DNA of 64,000 bases. Source: an uncultured Candidatus Saccharibacteria bacterium (GTDB lineage Bacteria > Patescibacteriota > Minisyncoccia > 2-02-FULL-40-12 > GWA2-44-9). The notes under the pieces were generated by a model. It worked only from the letters and a program-made list of their open reading frames with translations. It searched no databases and was not told where the DNA came from. Below, piece after piece: positions 9,419 to 21,442 of the stretch (position 1 is the stretch's first letter; each line of letters starts with the position of its first letter). A program made the position numbers and the translations under genes. The DNA is taken from positions 26,425 to 90,424 of the forward strand of contig CAZENF010000003.1 of NCBI GenBank assembly GCA_964513645.1, written 5' to 3'.

Positions 9419-10353
9419 AAGTAGATAATTTTAACTTCAATGACATCTTGTCGTCGTTGAACCATATCCGGGGCGGAATACCGGCCCTGAGATTGTCTTC
9501 CAGGATCAGACTCGGCGAGCATCGGAGCTTATTCTTTGGTCCGAGCTACGATTTTTTCGATATTCAGGAATACGATCCGGAGCGGGATCCTCCCAACCAG
9601 ATCATAAATTCTGTTGTCGGTCCGGATGAAGATATGGTATATGCGCGAAGATGTATCGAACAACATGAAGTCAAGGTCATGATAATGACGGACCTAAGTT
9701 CTTCGGTCGATGCCGGTATTGCCCTCATTAAGCGTCGAATGCTTCTCGAGGCAGTCGGTTTTGTCGGTGTTACCAGTACCCGTTATCAGGACCCGATCGG
9801 TCTGGTGGGTTTTACCGATAAGATCGTTCTGGACATGCCTTCAAGATGCGGCTCCAATAATTTTTATCATCTCCTCAAGAATATATATGATTATCTTGGA
9901 AATCCGCACGATTCCGCGAACAAGAAAGTAAGAAAAACAGATTTTTTCCTGGCCTTGGATTTCATCCGGCGGACACAGAACAAAAGATGTGTTATTCCGG
10001 TGATATCCGATTTTGTCGGATTCGATAAGGCGGCTGATTCTCATTTGTTGAGAGCCATCAGTTCGAAACATGAATTGATCTTCATATTCTTGGATGATCC
10101 TCTCGAGTTCCTCTCGGCCACCGGCTGGGGCTATATCAGGATCAAAGATATCGAAACTGGAACCGAATCGGTGGTTTCCAGAAGAAGACTGGTAAATATT
10201 GAAAAAGAGATAAGAGCTAAACGAAGAGAATTACGTATAAAGCTAAGAAGACTGGGTATTGATTCTGTAGTTCTTGAGTATTCAGATAAGGGCAGGCACT
10301 TCAACCGGCTGAGCAGATTTTTTCTGGCCAGACATAAATATCCTAAACGCTGA
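9415..10353 (+). CDS. DUF58 / VWA-like protein (MxaS-like)
   Basis: GEHRS..G...DF..IQEY, DLSSS, ISDF; overlaps the moxR stop. Confidence 0.85.
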   Translation: MKVDNFNFNDILSSLNHIRGGIPALRLSSRIRLGEHRSLFFGPSYDFFDIQEYDPERDPPNQIINSVVGPDEDMVYARRCIEQHEVKVMIMTDLSSSVDAGIALIKRRMLLEAVGFVGVTSTRYQDPIGLVGFTDKIVLDMPSRCGSNNFYHLLKNIYDYLGNPHDSANKKVRKTDFFLALDFIRRTQNKRCVIPVISDFVGFDKAADSHLLRAISSKHELIFIFLDDPLEFLSATGWGYIRIKDIETGTESVVSRRRLVNIEKEIRAKRRELRIKLRRLGIDSVVLEYSDKGRHFNRLSRFFLARHKYPKR

Positions 10354-10422
10354 AGGCGCATTGACACATGCGCCTTTTTTCATTAAATTTTACCCAAGTA
10401 CTTTGATAAACAGGACGGATAA

Positions 10423-11514
10423 GTGAGATATAAAAAGCTCTCTTTGGCCTTGGTTATCCTCCTTGCCACTCCTTCTAATTTTTCAGCCCAGGAATTGTCC
10501 CCGATCATTGTCTACACTGGCAAACCGACTCCCAGTGTTGTCAAAACCGGTGAAGTTTTCAGGGTTAACTACCGTGTTGAATTCTTGAACACAGTCCTCA
10601 TTTACGAGGAACAAATGAAGCCGGACAGTCTGGCACTGGATAAAGTTGAAGCCGTTGGTCTTCAGGTAAATAAAACTTCGCTTCAGGATGACAAACTTGG
10701 TTCAAAAAATGTCTGGGATTTTGTTTACACTTTCAGGATAATCGATCCCGAAAAGGGAGAAAAAAAGATCCCGCCTTTTAATTTTTTGTGGCATGAAAAA
10801 CGTGCCGGCATGACGGATGAACAGGCCCGGGAGAAGGAATCTCCCAAAGAATTTCCAACCGAAGAAGTTATCGTGACTTATGTTTCCTCGATTGTGACTC
10901 CTCCGCCACTGGATATCCGCGACGAGATAAATTTCGAGCCGTTCGGGTTTAGCGGACAAAAACTTCGCCAATTCGGATATTCTACTCTTGGATTATCCGT
11001 GGTCGTCACTTTTATGATAGTTGTCAGTTTTCTAAGGTCTCCTAAAAGCAAGAGCATCAGAAAATTGAAACAGGAAATTGTTTTGGCCGAGGGCGGTGTA
11101 TTTACCGACCCGATCGACTGGAGTCTGACTCCGGAACAGGCCAGGAAAAATTTTCTCGAACAACTTTATCGCTGCCGCGACGTAAACTCTCTACGCTTAA
11201 AGGTCAGAACTCTTCTTTTCATCGAATTGCTTGATATGGGAGTTCCTGTGTCTTCGTCCGATACGCCTCGGGATATTTTGAACAGATTGAGCGCTCTGGA
11301 ACCGTCTCAAAAGAACAGGATGGGAAATAACTTTTTTTGGCTGAAAAATTTAACCGCCAAATTCGACTCCTATAACAAGGACTGGGAATCAAGGACACTC
11401 CTTACCGATCTTGAGAAGGAATCTTCAGAGCTTACCGACCTTGTCAGAAACATAGTCCACAAAAGCCGATTCAGCGCTTTTCTGGAAAGATTCAGGAGAG
11501 TAAAGAATGTTTGA
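10423..11514 (+). CDS. Exported single-pass membrane protein (MxaA/BatD-like position)
   Basis: Signal peptide, beta-rich domain, central TM helix; call rests on synteny. Confidence 0.55.
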   Translation: MRYKKLSLALVILLATPSNFSAQELSPIIVYTGKPTPSVVKTGEVFRVNYRVEFLNTVLIYEEQMKPDSLALDKVEAVGLQVNKTSLQDDKLGSKNVWDFVYTFRIIDPEKGEKKIPPFNFLWHEKRAGMTDEQAREKESPKEFPTEEVIVTYVSSIVTPPPLDIRDEINFEPFGFSGQKLRQFGYSTLGLSVVVTFMIVVSFLRSPKSKSIRKLKQEIVLAEGGVFTDPIDWSLTPEQARKNFLEQLYRCRDVNSLRLKVRTLLFIELLDMGVPVSSSDTPRDILNRLSALEPSQKNRMGNNFFWLKNLTAKFDSYNKDWESRTLLTDLEKESSELTDLVRNIVHKSRFSAFLERFRRVKNV

Positions 11515-12655
11515 TCTCAACTCTTTAGCGAAATTGATAAAAACCGGTTGGGATAATTTTATCAGTACTGACATCAATCTGGTTAACTTTGGTTCAACCG
11601 GCCTCGCCCTTGGGGCAGGCCTTTTTATTTTGACGGTTTTGCTTCTGAAGCTTCTCGCGGGAAAAAACAAATTTACCCGCCTTGGTTCAGGGTACTCCAT
11701 CCCTAAATCCGGACAGCAAAGCTGGTTGGTAAAAATATTGTTTTTGGTGCCAAAATCTGTTTTTTCTTTGGCCGGCATGTTCATTCTGTTCAGCATTGCC
11801 GATCCTTATTTGCCCAGAACAAAGACAGAAACAACGAATGATTCACGGCAAAGGATAGACATGTTCGATGTCTCGATCTCTAAGGGCTGGGAATACGAAA
11901 GAACCGGTAAGTGTGCAGGCCAGATCGGCCGAGAATATTTCCTCGACTTTTTGAAAAGAAGAGAAGGTCAGAACGACAGCAAATCCCTCTGGCTTTTCGC
12001 TTCAGAGCCTTATAAGGTCACGGAGTTTATGACAGATGACGAGCTCTACTTAATGGAAGCTGAAGATGCGCCTTATATTAAAACCGATCCGGTCAGCGCT
12101 TTTCTTCCGGAAAACCATGAGAAAGGAGCACTGCTCGATATCATTGCTCCCAGAGATAGGATCGAGTTCAGAGAAAACGAAGGTGGAACTGATATGGCAA
12201 AAGCCATTGATGCCGCCCTGGCCTATTATCAGACTTCGGGTAATAAAACTTTAAGGTCAAAAGCACTGCTGATCGAAACTGATGCAGCCGCGGATGCTTA
12301 CCCGGAAAAACAGCTTCAGGAGCTCAAGAAAGGGAATATCAAGGTCTACTTCTTGTACATGAAGCCGAATAAAATTGGTGAGAACCAAGGTAATCGCGGA
12401 CGGAAGCTTTTGAATGCTGAAAAATTGCGGGACCAGGTTCAGCAATATGGCGGAAAATTTTACGATATCAAGGACAGAAAAAGTCTGGAAAACGCATACC
12501 GAGACATAGATCGTCTGGAAAAAACTTCCGGCACGACCGTGACCAGGGTGTTCAAGATATTTATTTATCAAAGGCCTCTTTTCATCGCGGTATTGCTGAT
12601 GATGCTGGCCATGGCCATGGGAATCTCTCTGTTAATATTTGAAGAAATTCCCTGA
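11507..12655 (+). CDS. Membrane VWA-domain protein (MxaC/BatA-like)
   Basis: MIDAS DVSIS, GGTD, ETD; IDRLEK near the C-terminal TM helix. Confidence 0.8.
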   Translation: MFDLNSLAKLIKTGWDNFISTDINLVNFGSTGLALGAGLFILTVLLLKLLAGKNKFTRLGSGYSIPKSGQQSWLVKILFLVPKSVFSLAGMFILFSIADPYLPRTKTETTNDSRQRIDMFDVSISKGWEYERTGKCAGQIGREYFLDFLKRREGQNDSKSLWLFASEPYKVTEFMTDDELYLMEAEDAPYIKTDPVSAFLPENHEKGALLDIIAPRDRIEFRENEGGTDMAKAIDAALAYYQTSGNKTLRSKALLIETDAAADAYPEKQLQELKKGNIKVYFLYMKPNKIGENQGNRGRKLLNAEKLRDQVQQYGGKFYDIKDRKSLENAYRDIDRLEKTSGTTVTRVFKIFIYQRPLFIAVLLMMLAMAMGISLLIFEEIP

Positions 12656-12772
12656 TAGAAATTCAAAACAAAAGCCTGTCGGAACAGGCTTTTTTGTTTT
12701 ATAACGGGATTGACTACTTTTCAAGTTAATTCTATAGTCCAGAGCAGAACATTTAAATGAAAGGAGAGAATA

Positions 12773-13486
12773 ATGAGAAGAACCAAGTTATCTTGGGCCT
12801 TCTTTTTTGCCAAACTCTTCCTTACTTCGGTAACAGCTCTGGTGGTGTCTGTTATTTTTTTTAGAACCGCTGATTTCAGCAATCATGTCGAAAAATTCAG
12901 GTTTTATGTCCGGACCGGCGATACGGTTATGGAAAAACATGAACTGATCTGGTTCCATAATTTTTACGAATTTGCCAAAAGCTGGCACATGCAATCCTGG
13001 GTTGACCGCAATCTTTTTAAGGATAATTTATTTTATGAAACAGCCGATCTTTACCTGATCGGTGACTGGAAACAGGTTGTCAGTGAATTGAAAGATGAGG
13101 AGGACGATCTTCGGAGCTACCCTTACGGGAATGCCAAATTCCGGCAGGCTAAAGCGCAGTATTCGGAAGGTAAAAAGAAAGAAGCCTTGGACTTTGTTCT
13201 GACTGAAGTGGCCGCTGATTTCGAGAAAGCCTTGAGAAATTGTCTCGATGCCCGGCTTCCTTACGATTCCTGTTTTGATCGTGTCTGGAATTATGACCTT
13301 GCCACGAACAAACAAAATGCCGAAGAAGCTCTAAAATCTCCAAGGTCCCAGCCAAAATTTATCCTCGGACCTTTTAAAGGCAAAGAGCCGGCTCAGAAAG
13401 TTCCTGCCGATGGTCAGAAAAAATCCGGCACCGGTGTTGAAGGCGAAGAAGGAGCGGGTCCGCCAAGCCCCGGCAAAAGGCCATGA
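12773..13486 (+). CDS. TPR-like membrane-anchored protein (MxaK/BatC-like)
   Basis: YGNAKFR...FEKALR...WNYDLA helical repeats and a low-complexity tail. Confidence 0.55.
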   Translation: MRRTKLSWAFFFAKLFLTSVTALVVSVIFFRTADFSNHVEKFRFYVRTGDTVMEKHELIWFHNFYEFAKSWHMQSWVDRNLFKDNLFYETADLYLIGDWKQVVSELKDEEDDLRSYPYGNAKFRQAKAQYSEGKKKEALDFVLTEVAADFEKALRNCLDARLPYDSCFDRVWNYDLATNKQNAEEALKSPRSQPKFILGPFKGKEPAQKVPADGQKKSGTGVEGEEGAGPPSPGKRP

Positions 13487-14679
13487 TCGAATATTTCAGA
13501 CAGAATGTTTATTTTACTGACCCCGTATTTCTAAAGCTTCTTATTCCGCTTTTGATTCTGACAGTTTTTTGGGCGGCAATTTCCGTTTTCAGGAGATTTT
13601 CGAGACCGGCTTTAACCCATGGTTCGCGTTATCCTTTTGTCGGACGGGCAAGTTTGTGGGGATTTTTCATCTTAGCCACATTTCTATCCGTCCTCGCTTT
13701 AGCTAAGCCGGTTTGGAACCAAAAGTTACCCGAATTAAGCAAGGGCGATATCGAAGTGATCATCGTCCTTGACCGTTCTTTGTCCATGAGAGCTGATGAT
13801 CTTGGCAAGCAGCGTTTGGAGATAGCAAAACGGGAAGCGTATAACATTGAATCAATGTTGACCCAAGGTGATAAAGCCGCTTTGTTCGTGTTCGGCAGCG
13901 ATACTCACCGTAAAATTTATCTGACCCCGAAATTTGAAAATGTTTTTCAAATGATGAATGGAGTCTATTTCCCTGACAGTCTGGAAGGGGAAAGCATGGT
14001 CTGGGATTCAGATTTTGTTTCAATGCTCGAAAAGATATTTACTTCTCTTGACCGCCAGGATTCCTATAATGAGAGAAAAGGAATTTTGTCTGGCCAAAGT
14101 AAAACCGCCCCGTATGTTCCTCAAAGAAGAGCGAACCGTATTGTCATCCTTTTTACGGACGGCGAGGATCAAGTTAAAACAAGTGCTGTCAATGATAAGA
14201 ACAATAGCAAATACGATTACAATAAACGATTGAACTCCGCTTTGGTCGAGTTCAGGAGACGTGGTCTAAAGATATATCCGGTTGGGGTTGGAACTGTCAA
14301 AGGTTCAACCTGGTTGTCTCTTCTTAACGGATATAAGAAGGGCAAAGATTTTCCTGAAAATCTTCCAAGTCAGTGGAAAGGTCAAACAACCAAGTTGGAT
14401 AAGCCGAGTCTGATGTTCTTGGCTCATTCAACCGGCGTTGAGATGAATGGTTATGTCTGGACCGTCGAGAACAGCGTTACCACGGTTAAGGAATACCTGA
14501 AAATAGCCGTCCGGTCCAACCGCAGAGAAAATATCGAGTTCGGCTTTTCGAATTCGGATCAAAAGCTCTGGCAACAGCTTCTTCTGGTTGCGGTATGTTC
14601 TTTGGCATTTGGAATATTTTTTCATCCTTTCTCAGGATTCTTGTCCCGCAGATCCCTCAAACTTAACAGAGAAAACTAA
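13483..14679 (+). CDS. Membrane VWA-domain protein (MxaL/BatB-like)
   Basis: ALAKP, LDRSLSMRADD, FTDGED, VGVGT. Confidence 0.85.
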   Translation: MIEYFRQNVYFTDPVFLKLLIPLLILTVFWAAISVFRRFSRPALTHGSRYPFVGRASLWGFFILATFLSVLALAKPVWNQKLPELSKGDIEVIIVLDRSLSMRADDLGKQRLEIAKREAYNIESMLTQGDKAALFVFGSDTHRKIYLTPKFENVFQMMNGVYFPDSLEGESMVWDSDFVSMLEKIFTSLDRQDSYNERKGILSGQSKTAPYVPQRRANRIVILFTDGEDQVKTSAVNDKNNSKYDYNKRLNSALVEFRRRGLKIYPVGVGTVKGSTWLSLLNGYKKGKDFPENLPSQWKGQTTKLDKPSLMFLAHSTGVEMNGYVWTVENSVTTVKEYLKIAVRSNRRENIEFGFSNSDQKLWQQLLLVAVCSLAFGIFFHPFSGFLSRRSLKLNREN

Positions 14680-14759
14680 CCCCGCTTTTAAAAGCGGGGT
14701 TGACTTTATTATTGTAACAAATTATTATACCGATAGTTGCTCTTTTAACAGGTTCTCAA

Positions 14760-15134
14760 GTGAAAAATTTGATCATCCTTTCAAGTTTTTTTGCCGTCAG
14801 TTTGGGATTGTTCACTTTAAAGCACAACCTTAAGAGTGATCCGGTTCTCATCCCTTCTTCACCCATTGTTTCGGCTCAGGTTTCGTACCTTAGGCCTGAA
14901 ATAAGTACATCCACTACTTTTGAAGCCGGACAGGCGCCGGCCGATACGAAAGAATGTGAAAGGCCGAGTAAAGACAATCCCGACGTCGGGGCTCACGACA
15001 AAAATCGTGTCGGCTGTACTTGCCAGAGAAAGTGCGCAAACGGCCAGCCGATCGAAAATTATGAAGCCGGCAAATCATGCAAGAGCCATTGCCATCCCGA
15101 CAAGTGTCATTGTCCCGACCCCTGTAAAACATAA
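14760..15134 (+). CDS. Small exported cysteine-rich protein
   Basis: Signal/anchor followed by 9 Cys in the last about 60 aa; has its own promoter. Confidence 0.65.
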   Translation: MKNLIILSSFFAVSLGLFTLKHNLKSDPVLIPSSPIVSAQVSYLRPEISTSTTFEAGQAPADTKECERPSKDNPDVGAHDKNRVGCTCQRKCANGQPIENYEAGKSCKSHCHPDKCHCPDPCKT

Positions 15135-15190
15135 CTGTTCAATGTCCGCCTAAGCGGACATTTTATTAATAAAAAAGCCCCGAAGGGCTT

Positions 15191-16684
15191 TTAATCGTAT
15201 AAACCGAAAGTGAACACATCTGAACCGGCAACTAATGATATGTATTGCCGTCCGTCTACCAAGTAAGTGACCGGCGATGAAAATATCGGCCGGCCGAGGT
15301 TGAATTTCCACAACTCCTGCCCGGTCACTGAATTCAGGGCGACCATATAGCCCATTCCGTTTCCGGTCAGAACAATATTGCCGTCAGTGCTTAGAACACC
15401 GGCCGCCATTATTGTAGAACCTGAAACGGGATAGTCCCAGACCGTATATATTTTTTGAGCCGATACGTACAGAGCTTTCAGGTGAAAATCATTCGGAGTA
15501 TTTACGCAGCCCTCGAGGGCCATTACATAAAAAATTCCGGAAGTCGGATCAAATGAAGGAGCCATCCAGTTGGTTGCTCCCCAGATGGGAGGACAGGTTG
15601 TGCCGTCGGCGGTCCATTTTATCTTCCGGACAAAGGATTTTGATAACACAAGTTTTTGGTTTGTTCGTTCAAAGAGATAAAATATTCCGTTGCGGTTGGC
15701 CTGCATCGTGGCGTTAATTTTGTCCGGACCTGAACCTAAGTCTGCCAGAACAAGCGGCTGGTTCGCATCCCAGTCATAGGGCATCTTAGTGTTAAATTTG
15801 AACTCATTTTTTAGTGTTCCGTTTCCGGGATTAAGGGCGACGATACTGTTGTCGTGTGAATTTTTTTCCTGGACGGATATATTTTGTCCTTCAGCCAAAA
15901 GGCCGACCGGCCAGTAGAGTAAATTTTTCATTGGGTCATAACTCCCGGTCATCCAGGTCGGAGCACCTCTAAACTGTGTTTTTTCGGGCAGTGTCCAGAA
16001 TCTCCAGAGCTCATCGCCGTTTATAGTTGAAAAAGCGCTGACAAATCCTCTCGAACCTTTATTATCATTTGAAACACCGGTAATTACAGAGCTGTTAATA
16101 ACGAGAGGGGCGGAAGTGGAATAATAACCCAATGTGGTGTCAGCATATTTTTTCTGCCATTTTAAGTTGCCGGTTTTTCTGTCGAGAGCAACGAGTTGGC
16201 AGTCACTGGTTGAGAAAAAAACAGTGTTTCCATAAAGAGCGGCGCCGCGGTTGATACCGGGACTTCTTTTTTCGTAAGCCTGCCAGCGCCAAAGCCAGTT
16301 ACCGGTCTTTGCGTCCAGGGCATGAACTTCATTTGCAGCAGTTACGTACATGATACCTTTATAGACAATAGGTGAGGACCTTAAATTTGTGTCAGCGGGA
16401 GTTATCTTATAGCTCCATTTGGGTATAAGCTTTTTTATGTTTTGTTCATTGATCTGTTTAAGAACACTGTGATGTCGAGCTTCATAATCACCGTGATATA
16501 AAAGCCAGTCGCCGTTCCCCGGACTTTCCAACAGATCCTTGGTTGTAATTTCGGAGGATGTTATTTTGACGTTTTGAGTGAACCAGTTTTTGGTGCTCTT
16601 AACGTCGGGCGGGTCATTGTTCAACGCCGCTCCTTTGTCGAACATTAAAAAAATAATCAGCAAAATTGAACCGAAGATGCGCAT
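15191..16684 (-). CDS. PQQ-dependent dehydrogenase-like beta-propeller protein
   Basis: Signal peptide, DWLLYHGD, ALDAKTG..LW repeats, NRG, DWD, GATNW, SPVTY.VDGRQY. Confidence 0.85.
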   Translation of the reverse strand: MRIFGSILLIIFLMFDKGAALNNDPPDVKSTKNWFTQNVKITSSEITTKDLLESPGNGDWLLYHGDYEARHHSVLKQINEQNIKKLIPKWSYKITPADTNLRSSPIVYKGIMYVTAANEVHALDAKTGNWLWRWQAYEKRSPGINRGAALYGNTVFFSTSDCQLVALDRKTGNLKWQKKYADTTLGYYSTSAPLVINSSVITGVSNDNKGSRGFVSAFSTINGDELWRFWTLPEKTQFRGAPTWMTGSYDPMKNLLYWPVGLLAEGQNISVQEKNSHDNSIVALNPGNGTLKNEFKFNTKMPYDWDANQPLVLADLGSGPDKINATMQANRNGIFYLFERTNQKLVLSKSFVRKIKWTADGTTCPPIWGATNWMAPSFDPTSGIFYVMALEGCVNTPNDFHLKALYVSAQKIYTVWDYPVSGSTIMAAGVLSTDGNIVLTGNGMGYMVALNSVTGQELWKFNLGRPIFSSPVTYLVDGRQYISLVAGSDVFTFGLYD

Positions 16685-16777
16685 AGAATGCCTTTTCAAT
16701 GAACGTGGCCTGAAAATAATACAAAATTACCAATTTGTCAAATTTCTTTTCCGGCCCAATAGCTCTATATTGTTTTT

Positions 16778-17764
16778 ATGACGTATCTTCGAAACTCGAT
16801 CTTAGCGACCATTGTCTATTATGATGTTTTTGAGCACCCCTTAACTCTGGTTGAGGTGCATAAGTTTCTAATAAATCCGGCCAGAATATCTAAAGTTGAA
16901 GGTCTCGGAGATATTAGTCTTGTCAGTATTGCCCGAGAGCTTGAATATCTGTCGGATTCAAATGTGATAGGCCGCAGGAACGGTTTTTATTTTTTAAAAG
17001 GTAGAGACCGGCTGTATGAATTGAGAATGGAGAGGGACCTCATTGCGGCTATGAAGTGGAAGAAGCTTGTCCGTCTGGTTCGGTTTTTGGCGCTTGCTCC
17101 CTATTTGAGAGGGGTTTTTGTTTCCGGTTCCATGGGTGTCGGTAACACTGACCCCAAAAGCGATTTCGATCTTCTTATCATCGCGAAGGCCGGCAGACTT
17201 TATACCTGCCGACTGTTTTTGTGGCTGATAAGTTCTATTTTGGGCGTAAGAAGAAAAAAAACAGAAAAATCCGCTCCGGATAAATTATGCTTTAATCATT
17301 ATATAACTGACACCAATCTGACCCTCGCTCACGAAAGTATTTTTAATGCCCAGACCTATATAAACTTAAAGCCGGTAATGGTGCCTCTTGAAACAATCGA
17401 TAAATTTTATGCCTCGAATCTATGGCTGAACAACTACATATATAATTTTAATCCTCAAAAAGAATTTATAGATAAAACGGTCCGGAATAATTTATTTTTC
17501 AGATCTCTGTCACGCGGATGCGAGAAGTTGTTGGATGTGTCTTTTGGAAGTTTTGCGGAAAAAAATTTCCGTGAACTTCAGAAAAAAAAGATAGTTTCCG
17601 ACCCGGTCACGTATCGTCCCGGCGGCAGAATAGTTTTTAATGACCAAGAGTTGGAGTTCCACCCGGCGTCCTTTGAAAGAATTGTTTTAGAGGAATATAA
17701 AAAAGGTCTCAGAAAAATGGGTATTGTTTCTTTTATAGATGAAAAAGACTCCGGACTTTCTTGA
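16778..17764 (+). CDS. Nucleotidyltransferase-domain protein
   Basis: GSMG...SDFDLLII polymerase-beta-type motif. Confidence 0.65.
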   Translation: MTYLRNSILATIVYYDVFEHPLTLVEVHKFLINPARISKVEGLGDISLVSIARELEYLSDSNVIGRRNGFYFLKGRDRLYELRMERDLIAAMKWKKLVRLVRFLALAPYLRGVFVSGSMGVGNTDPKSDFDLLIIAKAGRLYTCRLFLWLISSILGVRRKKTEKSAPDKLCFNHYITDTNLTLAHESIFNAQTYINLKPVMVPLETIDKFYASNLWLNNYIYNFNPQKEFIDKTVRNNLFFRSLSRGCEKLLDVSFGSFAEKNFRELQKKKIVSDPVTYRPGGRIVFNDQELEFHPASFERIVLEEYKKGLRKMGIVSFIDEKDSGLS

Positions 17765-17830
17765 TATTGCCAATTCTCCTCCAAATTGTATGATTCCTGG
17801 ATAAGGACCTTTACAAACGGAGAAGCACAG

Positions 17831-19123
17831 GTGAGAACCAAGAAGCTCCATGTTTTGTTATTTGTCTTTGTTTTGACTCTCTTCTGTCAGTTGTCATTGG
17901 CTCAAGAAAAAGTCATAACCTCTATCGAAAAGGTAGAGCATCAGCTTACTCTCGAGGAAAAAAAGGAACTTGATCTTAGAAAAATCGACCTAATGATGAA
18001 AGTAATGAAGATGAATGACTTAGACGATGTCAGACGTTTGCATGACTTTATGTCTCTTTCGGAAATGCTCGGAGAGATGTATGTTGATCCGAAATCTTCG
18101 TCGGATCTCTATAAATTAGGGATGATCGGCATGGTCGGCGGTCTCGACCCTTACAGTAATTTATTTTTTGATGATGACGCTCGGTCTGTTTCAAGAAGTC
18201 TTACCGGGGAACCTGAATTTTACGGTATCGGCATCCAGATCATCAGTTATGGAAAGAATATTTTTGTTACGGATGTTACTGAAAATTCTCCGGCTGAAAA
18301 AGCGGGATTGAAACAGGGCGATGTAATCCTTAAAGTAAACAACAAAGATACATTTGGAATGAGTGTCCAAGGAATCTCTGATTTGGTTAAAGGTAACGAA
18401 GGTACACTCGTTTCTCTCGAGATACGAAGTCTGCGCCGTCAAAAACCGGTTACAATCAATATTGTCAGGGCTAAGATAACGAGCGCCAGTGTTGCCTACA
18501 AAGACCTCAAAGACGATATGGCCTATATTAAGGTCAGCGCCTTTGTTACCGAAACTCCGGCACGGTTTTTGGAAGCTTTGAACAGGGCTTCTGACAAAAG
18601 GGGAGTTGTTATTGACCTTCGGAATAACGGCGGCGGAATGGTGGTCTCAGCTCTTAAGATGATCGGTTATATGATCGGACCGGCCAAAACGGCAATGATC
18701 TTGAAGACGCGGACTGACACACCTGCTTATCCGACCCCGAACGACGACAATACCCCGGTCAAACTTAGGGGTAAGGTCGCTGTCCTGATAAATAACGGCT
18801 CTGCTTCAGCTTCAGAGATACTCGCCGGCGATTTGAAATATTACCGTGCTGCAACTTTGGTCGGAGTGAGGACTTTTGGCAAAGCCACCGCCCAGGACTA
18901 TCTGGCTCTCGACCACAACAATCCCCATGACTTCAAGGACTCCACCTTACTTATCGGATATACGATGGGGAGATTCGAACTACCCGACGGTTCCAACATT
19001 ACCGGTAAAGGTGTTGCGCCGGATGTCGAAGTTGAACAGCCCGATGATTTTAAATTCTACGAATACAGAACCAAGCGTGACCTTCAGTTCATGAAGGCGC
19101 TCGAAATTCTGAAGCACAGATAA
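17831..19123 (+). CDS. S41 carboxyl-terminal processing protease with PDZ domain
   Basis: LDPYS, SPAEKAGL, DLRNNGGG, ASASEI, TFGKA; GTG start after GGAG. Confidence 0.9.
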   Translation: MRTKKLHVLLFVFVLTLFCQLSLAQEKVITSIEKVEHQLTLEEKKELDLRKIDLMMKVMKMNDLDDVRRLHDFMSLSEMLGEMYVDPKSSSDLYKLGMIGMVGGLDPYSNLFFDDDARSVSRSLTGEPEFYGIGIQIISYGKNIFVTDVTENSPAEKAGLKQGDVILKVNNKDTFGMSVQGISDLVKGNEGTLVSLEIRSLRRQKPVTINIVRAKITSASVAYKDLKDDMAYIKVSAFVTETPARFLEALNRASDKRGVVIDLRNNGGGMVVSALKMIGYMIGPAKTAMILKTRTDTPAYPTPNDDNTPVKLRGKVAVLINNGSASASEILAGDLKYYRAATLVGVRTFGKATAQDYLALDHNNPHDFKDSTLLIGYTMGRFELPDGSNITGKGVAPDVEVEQPDDFKFYEYRTKRDLQFMKALEILKHR

Positions 19124-19161
19124 TCCCGTTTTTACGGGATTTTTATTTGGTCCAAAACCTA

Positions 19162-19189
19162 TTGACATTAATTTCGCAGCGGCTATAAT
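19162..19189 (+). promoter_or_regulatory. sigma70 promoter of groESL
   Basis: TTGACA-16 nt-TATAAT. Confidence 0.85.
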
Positions 19190-19215
19190 TAGCACTTAGA
19201 CATTGGGACTGCTAA
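19189..19215 (+). promoter_or_regulatory. CIRCE (HrcA operator)
   Basis: TTAGCACTT-N9-GACTGCTAA versus consensus TTAGCACTC-N9-GAGTGCTAA. Confidence 0.85.
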
Positions 19216-19288
19216 TTTGGGCTTGTAGATTCGGTTTTTAGGTTCAGGTCTTAACTGAACATAAAAACAAAACCTAAAGCGTGGAATT

Positions 19289-19573
19289 ATGATCAAACCA
19301 TTATCTGACCACATACTCCTTGAACCCTTAAAGGAAGAAAGAAAAAAGGGCGGCATTATCTTGCCGGACACAGTAGATAAGGAAAGGTCCGAAAAAGGTA
19401 AAGTTGTTGCGGTTGGTCCCGGCAAAATGAACAAAGAAGGCAAAAGGATTCCGATGGAGGTCAAAAAAGGCCAGACAGTATTATTTAAAAAATACAGCCC
19501 CGACGATATCAAAGTCGACGGCAAAGAATATTTAATTATCCGCGAGGAGGATGTCCTGGCGGTCTTGGACTAA
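19289..19573 (+). CDS. groES: Co-chaperonin GroES
   Basis: IKPLSD, GGIILPD, VAVGPG. Confidence 0.97.
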   Translation: MIKPLSDHILLEPLKEERKKGGIILPDTVDKERSEKGKVVAVGPGKMNKEGKRIPMEVKKGQTVLFKKYSPDDIKVDGKEYLIIREEDVLAVLD

Positions 19574-19588
19574 ATTAACTTAAAATAA

Positions 19589-21401
<1,813 letters not shown>

Positions 21402-21415
21402 AATAGAAGAAAATT

Positions 21416-21442
21416 AAAAACGGCTTTTAGAAAGCCGTTTTT
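21416..21442. terminator. Bidirectional intrinsic terminator
   Basis: aaaaacggcttt-tag-aaagccgttttt. Confidence 0.75.

Noticed and set aside
15191-16684. Calling this mxaF/xoxF and inferring methylotrophy
   Set aside because: It lacks the vicinal disulfide and metal-ligand motif, and no mxaI, mxaG or pqq genes are present.
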